Shown piece after piece: positions 10,064-19,499 of a DNA stretch of 64,000 nucleotides. Origin of the DNA: an uncultured Planctomycetota bacterium (GTDB taxonomy: Bacteria > Planctomycetota > Planctomycetia > Isosphaerales > Isosphaeraceae). The position numbers were made by a program, and so were the translations under genes. Position 1 is the first letter of the stretch. Every line of letters begins with the position of its first letter. The DNA lies in the NCBI GenBank assembly GCA_963845755.1, contig CAWJTV010000033.1:64001-128000 (forward strand), written 5' to 3'. Under the pieces are notes generated by a model. The model was not told the DNA's origin. It was given only the letters and a program-made list of their open reading frames with translations, and made no database searches.

Positions 10064-12439
10064 ATGAGCTGGCAGGTGGGTCTATACGTCGCTGCCGTTC
10101 TGATCCCGTTGGTGGCGTTCGCGATCGAGGCGATTTTTATCCGGCAGTTGAAAAGATGGAATGCCTACATCGCCACCGGCGCGATCTTCCTCTCGTTCAT
10201 CCTCAGCTTCATCGGCTTCGCGCACTACTTCTTCCTGTCCGGCGACGAAGTTCCCTGGGCCGAGGCGGAGTCGTACGTCGCGGCTGAAGAGGGCGAAAGC
10301 CACGAGCTTCCCGGCGAGCGGCCGATCTCCAAGGAGCCCGCCCATAGCTGGGCAGGCCACTTCAACTGGATCAGCCTGGGGAGTGCGCCGGGGACGGATA
10401 CAACCCCTGCGCGGCCGGCCCTGGCCGTCCCGCTGGGTGTCCGGATCGATAACCTGGGCGCGATCATGTTCCTGATGGTCACGTTCATCGCGACCCTGAT
10501 CCACATCTATTCCATCGGCTACATGCACGACGATCCGCGGTTCCCGCGGTTCTTCTGCTACCTGTCGCTGTTCTGCTTCTCGATGCTCGGGCTCGTCGCC
10601 TCGTCGAACGCGTTCATGATCTTCATTTTCTGGGAGCTGGTCGGCCTCTGCTCCTATCTGCTTATCGGCTTCTGGTACGAGGACAAGGTCAACTGCGATG
10701 CGGCCAACAAGGCGTTCGTCGTCAACCGGATTGGCGACGTCGGGATGCTTGTGGGCCTGGGCATCCTCTGGACCAACCTGGGCACGTTCGACTTCAAGGA
10801 GATCAACGAAGGGCTGCGCGGCTCCACGGGCTCGCTGCACGCCGTCATCGGTGTCAAGGGTGACGAGGTTGTCCAGCTCATCGATCGGGGCACCCGACGG
10901 GTCCAGACCGACCCGGCGACGGGCGAGCCGCGGCAGATCCCGTACGTGCTCTTGACCATAGCCGGGCTGGGGATCTTCGCTGGCTGCGTGGGCAAGAGCA
11001 CCAGTTCCCGCTCCAGGTCTGGTTGCCGGACGCCATGGCCGGCCCGACGCCGGTCTCGGCCTTGATCCATGCGGCGACCATGGTCGCGGCGGGGGTCTAC
11101 CTGGTCGGCCGGTTCTTCCCGCTGTTCACCCCCGCGGCGCTGCTCTATATCGCGTACACCGGAGGGTTCACCCTGTTCATCGCGGCAACGATCGCCATGG
11201 TCCAGATCGATTACAAGAAGGTCCTGGCCTATTCGACGGTCAGCCAGCTTGGCTTCATGATGCTGGCGCTGGGAGTCGGCGGCTGGGTGGCGGGACTTTT
11301 CCACCTGATCACACATGCCTTCTTCAAGGCCCTGCTCTTCCTCTGCGCGGGCAGCGTTTATCACAGCGTCCATACCTATGAGATGCCGGCGCTTGGCGGC
11401 CTGCGCAAGAAGATGCCGTGGACGGCCGGTTGTATGCTGATCGGTACGCTCGCCATCTCGGGGGTGCCCGGGTTCAGCGGGTTCTACTCGAAGGACGCGA
11501 TCCTCGCCGCCGCGATCGCCCGGGTCCAGGAGAGTCCGGAGCATTTCTTGCTGTTTGTGCTGCCCGCGGTGGGTGCGGTCCTCACGGCATTCTACATGTT
11601 CCGGATGTGGCTCCTGGTTTTTGCGGGCGAGCCGCGCGGGTTCCCGACGCCCGCCGAGCAAGCCTACGCCGAAGCCCACGACGAGGAGCACGCGCTGGAC
11701 CACGGTCACGCGCACGGTCATGGCGATGACCACGACCGCAATCCGGCAGCCCACGCTCATGAGAGCGACTGGGTCATGGTCGGGCCGCTGGTCGCCCTGG
11801 CGGTCTTCAGCGTCATCGTCGGCTGGGGGGTCTTCTTCTATGTCCTCCCGAATCCCCTGACCTTCCTCGGTTGGGGTACTCCCGTCCTGGAGCAGATGCT
11901 CGACTACGGCGAGCCCTACCGGGCCATCAATCCGATGGCGCTGCACGATTTGCACTTCTATGCATTGGGCGCCTCGCTGCTGATCTTGTTCGTGGGCGTT
12001 GGCCTGGGGCTACTTTATTACGCCGCCGCGGGGCTTCCCGTACTTCGTCCAGACGCGCCTGAAGGCAGAGCGGACCGCGGAGCGGTTTGGCGGGATCTAT
12101 CGCTTCCTGGTCCACAAATGGTACTTCGACGAGCTGTACTGGGCCGTGCTGGTCCGGCCTTGCATGGCGTTCGCGCGGCTCTGCCGCCAGATCGACCAGG
12201 TCTTGATCGACGGACTTGTCAACGGCTCGGCGGCCTTCACGATTTTTGTAAGGCAACTTGTGGGGATATTCGACATGATTGCCGTCAACCGCCTGGTCAA
12301 CCTGACGGCCAGGGCGGTCTATGTCCTCGGCGACCGGAGCCGATCGATCCAGACCGGCCGGCTCCGCAACTACCTGATGTTATTGACCGTCGGCCTGGTC
12401 GGACTATTTGTCGGCGTCTTCGCCTGGATCCGAGGCTGA
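10064..12439 (+). CDS. nuoL: NADH-quinone oxidoreductase subunit L; probable indels at ~10998 and ~12030
   Basis: IHIYSIGYM, WELVGLCSYLLIGFW, NRIGD, WLPDAMAGPTPVSALIHAATMV, KKVLAYSTVSQLG, HKWYFDELY, QTGRLRNY across three consecutive frames. Confidence 0.92.
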
Positions 12440-12582
12440 TTGGTCCTTGGTGCTTGGTCCTTCCTCCCAGGTGGCTCCGCTCGGGTGCGGAGCGGGAGCC
12501 GAAGGCCAAGGCGCTCGGCCCGCGGATCGCGTTCGGGATCGCAAGACCATCCACTCATCACCAAGGACCGAGGACTGAGGAA
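12440..12582. repeat. Heptamer-based inverted element between nuoL and nuoM (TTGGTCC TTGGTGC TTGGTCC ... CCAAGGA CCGAGGA CTGAGGA)
   Basis: 7-nt periodic arms that are approximate reverse complements. Confidence 0.6.
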
Positions 12583-12584
12583 TC

Positions 12585-14342
12585 ATGAGCGACAACCTGC
12601 TGCTAAGTTCCCTCTGGCTGCTCCCCGTGATCGGTCTGATCGTCGTCCTGATCGTTCCCAAGCGGAGCGAGGCGTCGGTTAAGTGGATCTCGCTCGGCTT
12701 CACGGTGGCAACCTTCCTCGTGACGCTCGTGATGCTGGGAATCTACGTCGGCGACCAGAATGCCCGCCAGTCATTCTCGGAGCGGGCGAAGCACAACACC
12801 GTGACGGCCTCCACTGACGACAGCGTCGCCAGCGCGGAACCGGCGACGGGCCAGTACGACCTCGTCGTACGCCGCTCGTGGATCCCGAGCTTCAACATCC
12901 AGTATTATCTCGGCGTGGATGGGATCAGCCTCAGCCTGGTCGTGCTCACCGGCCTGGTGAGCGTGCTGGCGTGCCTGGCATCCTGGAACATCGACAAGCA
13001 GGTGAAGGGCTACTTCGCCCTCTATCTGCTTCTGGTGGCCAGCATGATGGGTGTCTTCATCTCGCTCGATCTCTTCCTGTTCTACGTCTTCTTCGAAGTG
13101 ATGTTGCTGCCGATGTACTTCCTGATCGCCATCTGGGGCGGGCCCCGGCGCGAGTACGCAGCCATCAAATTCCTGCTCTATACCCTCTTCGGTTCGGTCT
13201 TCATCCTGGTCGCGATCCTGATCCTCTACTTCTGGACGCCGGTGGGCGTCACGGTCCCGGGTTTCACGGCGCACTCATTCGACCTGGTGAAGCTGACCGA
13301 GATCGCCAGCCAGACGAGCTATTATGGATATGATGTCCAGACCATCGTGTTCATCCTGTTCTTCGTGGGATTCATCATCAAGCTGCCGTCGTTCCCGTTC
13401 CACACGTGGCTTCCCGACGCGCACGTCGAGGCGCCCACTCCGATCAGCATGATCCTGGCGGGGATCCTCCTCAAGATCGGCGGATACGGCCTCATCCGGC
13501 TGGCCTGGCCCTTGGCACCGGCCGGCGCCTACTACTGGTCCTACTTCGTCGCCGCCCTGGGCGTCTTCAGCATCCTCTATGGGGCGCTGGTGGCGATGGC
13601 CCAGACCGACTTCAAGAAGCTGGTCGCTTACAGCTCGGTCAGCCACATGGGTTACGTGACGCTCGGCTTGGCCGTGATGAACCTGAACGCCGACCCGCGC
13701 TATTACGCCTACGGCGTCAACGGCGCCATGTTCATGATGCTGGCTCACGGGATCACCTCGGCCGGTATGTTCTTCCTGGTCGGCGTGATCTACGACCGGG
13801 CGCACACCCGCGACCTCAATAAGCTGGGTGGTCTGAACAATATCATGCCGCTCTACGGGGCGATCTCCTACATCATCTTCTTCGGCTCGATGGGTCTGCC
13901 GGGACTCTGTGGGTTCGTGGCCGAGGTCTTCGTCGTGCTGGCGGCGTTCAACTACAGCATCCCCCTGGCGGTACTGGCCGCCGCGGCGGTCATCCTCACG
14001 GCGGGGTATATCCTCTGGACCGTCCAGCGCGTCTTCCTGGGCAAGAGCGAGACCTGGAAGGGCTTGCCCGATTTGAACCTTCGCGAGATCTTCATCGCCG
14101 TGCCGCTCGTGGTCCTGACCATCGCGATGGGGATCCTGCCCCAACCGTTGATCCTGAGCTGGATGAGTCCGTCGGTTGACCGGATGGCCGACGGAGTCAT
14201 GACGGCCCGCGAAGTCAGCGTCCCGCGCGGGAAGATCGTCGCGCCGCTCCCTCGACGCGCCGAGGCGGGACGGCCAGCGGTCGCTCCCCAGCAACATCTC
14301 GCCGAGGCCAGTTCGTCGCGTGGAGACATCCCGACCAAGTGA
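12585..14342 (+). CDS. nuoM: NADH-quinone oxidoreductase subunit M
   Basis: YLGVDGIS, FFEVMLLPMYFLI, PFHTWLPDAHVEAPT, KKLVAYSSVSHMG, MGLPGLCGFVAE. Confidence 0.95.
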   Translation: MSDNLLLSSLWLLPVIGLIVVLIVPKRSEASVKWISLGFTVATFLVTLVMLGIYVGDQNARQSFSERAKHNTVTASTDDSVASAEPATGQYDLVVRRSWIPSFNIQYYLGVDGISLSLVVLTGLVSVLACLASWNIDKQVKGYFALYLLLVASMMGVFISLDLFLFYVFFEVMLLPMYFLIAIWGGPRREYAAIKFLLYTLFGSVFILVAILILYFWTPVGVTVPGFTAHSFDLVKLTEIASQTSYYGYDVQTIVFILFFVGFIIKLPSFPFHTWLPDAHVEAPTPISMILAGILLKIGGYGLIRLAWPLAPAGAYYWSYFVAALGVFSILYGALVAMAQTDFKKLVAYSSVSHMGYVTLGLAVMNLNADPRYYAYGVNGAMFMMLAHGITSAGMFFLVGVIYDRAHTRDLNKLGGLNNIMPLYGAISYIIFFGSMGLPGLCGFVAEVFVVLAAFNYSIPLAVLAAAAVILTAGYILWTVQRVFLGKSETWKGLPDLNLREIFIAVPLVVLTIAMGILPQPLILSWMSPSVDRMADGVMTAREVSVPRGKIVAPLPRRAEAGRPAVAPQQHLAEASSSRGDIPTK

Positions 14343-14745
14343 TCGCAACGCTCGTCAAGAGCGAGCTATCCCTGCCTCGTGGGACTGGCCGGGCCCGAGC
14401 GGTTTGATTCACGCCAGCTTGGATGTGGCTTGCCTTCGATCGAGGGAGCTCTTCCCTGGCGTGCGGGATCTCTCCGCCCCGTCGCCGAAAGTCGCGCTGC
14501 TGATCTTGCAGTGATTTCGGAGACCGTGTACTTTGCGGCCCACGTCGGACCAGGTTCGAGGTGAGGGTCGCCGGTTCGTTTCTGCCCATGTCTCGATGCA
14601 ATCGTTCGCGTGGGCGTAACCGATCTGCGACGCGACCCTCGAACCAACCACCAATCACCGCGGCTCGAGCCGTCTGACCGTTCGAGAAGCAGGGACGGAA
14701 CCCAGAGCGGGGTGGCCAACGCACTCAGGAAGGAGTCGAACTGCC

Positions 14746-15293
14746 ATGCGAGCCAGGTCATGGATGGCCGCTCTCGGCTTGATTGGAGTGACCTCGATCT
14801 TGATCGGACGAGGATTGTCGGCTCAAGGTCCGGGTTCAGCGCAGAAGCCGGGCCCCGCGAAGGATCACGAGAAGCCCCAGGAGATGCCGTCACGGACGGA
14901 CGCGCCGAAACCGAAGGCAAGACCGTCCGACTCCCATTTCGCCCGAGTTCAACTCAACGTGGTCATCGCCGGCCTGGGCAAGGACGGCGGCGACGTCGAA
15001 GTCAAGCCGGCCAATGCCGGCTGCAAGTTTCGCGCACGACTCCCCAGCATATCTCCTCGGGCGGGCAGGCGAGAATGGAGCTGAAGGATGTCGAGATCCG
15101 CGGTGCCGATCATACGTGCGCCGTCGCGATCACGGTCCGTGAGCCGGGTCAGCCACCGAAGACCGTCTATCGGGGCTTCCGCCTGACGAACCCAAGAGCC
15201 ACGTCCCCGTCCACCCCATCTTCCATACCGAGCTTCACATGTTATCTCAGTTCCGGCCTCGCCGAGGTCGATAAAGTGCGGACTCGGAGATAA
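14746..15293 (+). CDS. Hypothetical secreted protein; probable indel at ~15040
   Basis: RBS AGGAG and signal peptide MRARSWMAALGLIGVTSILIG. The two overlapping ORFs join at KPANAGCKF / TTPQHISSGGQARMEL. Confidence 0.55.
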
Positions 15294-15564
15294 GCCGCGG
15301 GGCTCCGATGGAGAGTCGGCGGCAAAGAGGTGGGAGCCCCGGCCTCTGAGGATCCTCATGCATCGGTGGGGCTTCCAGAGAGTCTGGAACCCGCGGCGTT
15401 CGCCTCGGCGTCGGTCTGGGTCACTTGAGGACGTGGATACATCAGCTTAGACGGATTGGTTTGAGTTGATTCGGTTGGGCGCACAATGTGACGACCCGCT
15501 TGGAACAAGACGCGTCGCTCTCACCAGGGCGGAGATGCCGAAAAGCCGTCCCGTGAAACCATGA

Positions 15565-15808
15565 GTCTTTCCGGCGCGGCATGAAGCCCAAGGACGCGGT
15601 GGTGGCGACCTGCAAGCGCGTGGTGGAAACGACGACCCGCGATCCCCGGTTCCGCGACGACCGCGGACGGCCGAATTTCAACGCGATCTTCTATTGCCTC
15701 ACCAAGGACGGTACCTACGCCGCGGCGCAAATCCACCGACCGGCCAGCCTCGCCGTCCACGACGGTGATTCGGCACGAATGGTCGACTCCGCCAGCTTGC
15801 TGGACTGA
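15565..15808 (+). pseudogene. C-terminal remnant of an asparaginase_2 family paralog
   Basis: PKDAVVATCKRV..TRDPR..GRPNFNAIFYCLTKDG..AVHDGDSARMV aligns by eye with the C-terminus of 16080..17147 (PKDAIMEVCKTI..IRDPR..GRLKGNVLFYALSKDG..AVHDGDTARLV). Confidence 0.75.
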
Positions 15809-15896
15809 CCCCTGGATTCGCCCGGCCGATCGTGCGAAAACAGTCCTAGAGCGCCTAACGATTGAGTATTGCACGCCTCCGGGCGATACGAATCCA

Positions 15897-15976
15897 CCTC
15901 CCCGAACCCCATCTTCGGAAGGGCGGGAAAGGAAATGGAGCACTCCTCCTCAATGTTCCCCCCTTACGAACGGGGG
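15897..15976. repeat. REP-like palindromic element (CCCCCCTTACGAACGGGGG type)
   Basis: Hairpin CCCCCC-TTACGAA-C-GGGGG plus a degenerate partner. A related copy lies at 19271-19312. Confidence 0.55.
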
Positions 15977-16079
15977 TTCTTCGGTCGAGGACTTCGAGTG
16001 TGCGCAACCCAACCGTAAATCGCTCTGAAGGGTGCGGCCCGGGATCCGGGAGCTTTAACTTCGTGGGAGTCGATTCTTC

Positions 16080-17147
16080 ATGAGGAAAGCGATGAGCCGA
16101 CGTCTCTTCATGTCCTCGACCGCCATGGCGAGCGTGACTACGCTGGCCATAGGAGCCGCGTCGGTCAAGCCAGCCGGCACGAGGCGTCCGATCGCCGTCT
16201 CCAGCGCCAACGGGCTGCGTGCGGTCGAGAAGGCCATCGAGCTGGTCAAGATGGGGCACGACCCGCTCGATGGGGCGATCGAGGGAGTGGCGATCGTCGA
16301 AGCCGATCCGAAGGACCATTCGGTCGGGCTGGGCGGGCTGCCCAACGAGGATGGCGTCGTCGAGCTCGACGCCGCCGTGATGCACGGGCCGACCCACGGC
16401 GGCGGCTCGGTCGCCTCGATCCGCAACATCGTTCACCCGGCGGCCGTCGCCCGAATGGTTATGCAACGGAGTCGCCACTGCCTGCTGGTCGGGCAGGGGG
16501 CTCTCCGGTTCGCCCGCGCGCACGGGTTCCCCGAGGTCAACCTGCTGACCGACGAGGCGAGACAGATCTGGCTTCGCTGGAAGGAGACACGCGACCCCAA
16601 CGACGATTGGCTTCCGCTCCCGGATGAGAAAGTCGCGGACTTCATCCGCCAGGCGCTCGAGCCGAGAGTCACCGGCACGATCCACTGCTCGGTCCTCGAC
16701 ACCCACGGCGACCTGGGCTGCACCACCACAACCTCGGGACTCTCCTGGAAGATCCCTGGTCGCGTCGGCGACTCGCCAATCCTCGGCGCCGGCTTGTTCC
16801 TGGATAACGAGGTTGGATCGGCCGGATCGACCGGCGTTGGTGAGCTGAACCTGCTCAATCTCTCCAGCTCGATGATCGTTGAGGGGATGCGGCGGGACCT
16901 CGCGCCCAAGGACGCGATCATGGAGGTCTGCAAGACGATCGCGACGCGCTCTATCCGCGATCCCAGGCGCCGCGGCCAGGACGGGCGGCTCAAGGGCAAC
17001 GTGTTGTTCTACGCCCTGAGCAAGGATGGGAAGTTCGCGGGCGGCTCGATCTACCCAGGCGCGAAAATGGCCGTGCATGACGGCGATACGGCCAGGCTCG
17101 TTCCGTGCGATTCGTTCTACGACAGACCACCGGAGCGACGTCGCTGA
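16080..17147 (+). CDS. N(4)-(beta-N-acetylglucosaminyl)-L-asparaginase (Ntn hydrolase), probable Tat substrate
   Basis: SRRLFM Tat-like signal, SVGLGGLPNEDGVVELDAAVM, autocleavage G|TI, TSGLSWKIPGRVGDSPILGAG. Confidence 0.9.
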   Translation: MRKAMSRRLFMSSTAMASVTTLAIGAASVKPAGTRRPIAVSSANGLRAVEKAIELVKMGHDPLDGAIEGVAIVEADPKDHSVGLGGLPNEDGVVELDAAVMHGPTHGGGSVASIRNIVHPAAVARMVMQRSRHCLLVGQGALRFARAHGFPEVNLLTDEARQIWLRWKETRDPNDDWLPLPDEKVADFIRQALEPRVTGTIHCSVLDTHGDLGCTTTTSGLSWKIPGRVGDSPILGAGLFLDNEVGSAGSTGVGELNLLNLSSSMIVEGMRRDLAPKDAIMEVCKTIATRSIRDPRRRGQDGRLKGNVLFYALSKDGKFAGGSIYPGAKMAVHDGDTARLVPCDSFYDRPPERRR

Positions 17148-17281
17148 TGGGTCGGTAAGGATCCCCAACGGACCATGCCGGGAGGCATGGTCCGTTGGCC
17201 GCGGCCGCAGCGGGTTGGATGATCGGATTCAGACGGGTCGGCCCGGCTTCTCAACCGACCGCCGACCATCAAGTCGATCGA

Positions 17282-18392
17282 TCAATAACTGTCGGAGGAA
17301 ATGACTTCGCCGCCGTTGGGCGTGACCAGTCCGCGCATGGTGACGGGGCTGACCGAATTCTTCAGGAATGCGACGTGGCCGTCGCCGAACAGGATATTGG
17401 CACCGCCGGGGTGGAATGAGCCGATCTCATCGTTGTTGCCGGCATTGTTGCCCTGGGCGATGAAGGGACCAGTGGGCCAGATGTTCAGCTCATGATCCGG
17501 GCGACCGGGGTTATTTGGGGTGCCGGAGACGCCGTAACCCTCGTCCGGCTCGGCCCATCGCCAGTAGCGACGGTAAGGTGTATAGCCGCCCGCCGGACCC
17601 GGGTCGTTGGGGTTGATTGCAGCCATGGCAGACTGGCGAGTGAGTACGTTGTTCCAGTAACCCTCGGTGTAGGGACTGAGGTAACGGGGATCGCGGCCGG
17701 CATCCTCGGCGATGGCAATGGTGTTGCTCAACCCGTCGGTGACCTCGGCAATCCGGGTCATTCCCTGCTTGAGCATCCCGTTGGCACGGAAGGTCTTGTC
17801 TCGATAAGGAATCCACGGCAGGGCACCTGGCCCGGGGATCAGGAGCGGGCTGATATCCGTGTAGACCGTCGGCCCGTAGTCGTTGTAGCCATAACCGTTG
17901 CCGGTCGCCGAGAACGGATCGTTCGGATCGACACTATCGCGACCACCGTCGGGAGAACGCGTCGACGAGGGGCAGAGGAATACGGCCACCACCTGCGAGG
18001 CGCCGGTGTAATTGGCACCCGTTGCCGCGTTGTATTCGGCCAGGTTGAAGTTGAGGGCATTGAATGAGGCACCCGCTTCCATGTAAGGCAGGATGCGGGC
18101 CAGGGTGCTCCAGCCGCCGTCGACAAATTGGCTGGCTGGTGGCGAGATGTTGAAGTTGGTCGAACTCCCCACCAGATGGGAAGGCGCTGTTCGAGCTCTC
18201 ATAGTTGTGGAGGGCCAGGCCGAGCTGCTTCATGTTATTCGTGCACTGGGCGCGACGGGCGGCCTCGCGCGCCGCCTGGACGGCGGGTAGCAAGAGCGCG
18301 ATCAAGACCGCGATGATGGCGATCACCACGAGCAGTTCGATCAGGGTAAAGGCCGGGCGCGAGGCGGTCGATCTCGTGCGAGATCTCGTCAT
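17282..18392 (-). CDS. DUF1559 prepilin-type protein; probable indel at ~18170
   Basis: [35 protein letters not shown]-terminus. The second frame carries [22 protein letters not shown] and GEVISSDSY. Confidence 0.92.
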
Positions 18393-18551
18393 GGGTTCAA
18401 TTCTCCGATCGGGAAACGAGTCGCGGAATTCACTGGGGTCATTCAGGATCGAGGCTCGCTGACAGAAGGCTCGGATTGTCCATCCGTCAACATCCTCGCG
18501 CGAGCCCGAGACGGGGCGAGGAAGCCGTGGAAACGCATCGGGACCACGACG

Positions 18552-18995
18552 TCACTTGGCGGTCAACTTGAAGTCGAAATCGTTGGGGCCTTCGGGTTTC
18601 ACCGTGGCGGTCCAGCCCGAGCCATCCTCATCCAGGTACTTCGCCGCGAAGGCGAGGTTCGCCCGCTTCTTCGCCGGACCCGTATCGCCGACCTCGATGT
18701 GGACTTTGTATTCGCCCTCGGGCAGGCCCTCTTTGGCATCCCGGGTGAACGTCCCATCGCTCCCGAGGGGGGCCGTGTTCGTCACGGTCGTCTTCGTACC
18801 GACGAAGATGACCTTGCCCGCGGTCAACGGCTTCCCGTCCGGCAGCGTGACCTTGCCCTTGACCGGATAGAGCGTCGCGGAAGCAAGGGGATTCGCCTCC
18901 CCGCAGCCGACCATGGCGACCGCCATCGCGGCCGCCAACGGCCAAGCCAGCCGTCGCCGAAGCGGCCTGTTACAGAGGCGAGCCATCTCATTCAT
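18552..18995 (-). CDS. Carboxypeptidase-regulatory-like-domain lipoprotein (typical DUF1559 partner)
   Basis: AVAMVGC lipobox, YPVKGKVTLPDGKPLTAG, GLPEGEYKV, KY...PNDFDFKL. Confidence 0.85.
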   Translation of the reverse strand: MNEMARLCNRPLRRRLAWPLAAAMAVAMVGCGEANPLASATLYPVKGKVTLPDGKPLTAGKVIFVGTKTTVTNTAPLGSDGTFTRDAKEGLPEGEYKVHIEVGDTGPAKKRANLAFAAKYLDEDGSGWTATVKPEGPNDFDFKLTAK

Positions 18996-19122
18996 TATTG
19001 CTGACTCAAAGATGTTGATCTCGGCGCGGAAGAGGATCACTCATTCAACCCTCACCGATCCGTCCGAAAGTACCCGGCTGGCACGACCTTGAAGATTCTA
19101 CCCCTGTTCCTCGGGCATTCAA

Positions 19123-19135
19123 ATGAATTATTCAT
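19123..19135. promoter_or_regulatory. AT-rich palindrome ATGAAT-T-ATTCAT upstream of the lipoprotein-DUF1559 unit
   Basis: Perfect 6-1-6 inverted repeat inside an AT-rich patch (19118-19180) in GC-rich DNA. Confidence 0.4.
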
Positions 19136-19270
19136 GAAGACTGTTAGTTCATTAAAAATGATGAAGTGGAAAAATCACTGTTCCTTCGACGGACCGGGAT
19201 GAATGGAACTACGAAGAGGCACGACACCTGGCGGCCTCGATGGACCGGAGGGATCCGGGGCAGCTAGAGG

Positions 19271-19312
19271 GGAAATGGACGCGCCCTTCCTCTACCGCCT
19301 TACGAAGGGGGG
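19271..19312. repeat. REP-like element (GGAAATGGA...CCTTACGAAGGGGGG)
   Basis: Shares GGAAATGGA and CCTTACGAA(C/G)GGGGG with 15931-15976. Confidence 0.5.
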
Positions 19313-19499
19313 AAGGAAGGATAATCGTATCGGCCGTGAGGCGTACACCATCCCATCGTGAGTCGATGTGAGAAGATACTCGATCGGACCCGATCCGGGG
19401 TGAAGTTTCGATGAAAAATCGGAGAGGGTTCGCGAAATCCGCTCTCGTTCCGCAGGCCGCGCCGACCGGTGAAAGCTCCCGTTCGTGCGATGTTCGCGA

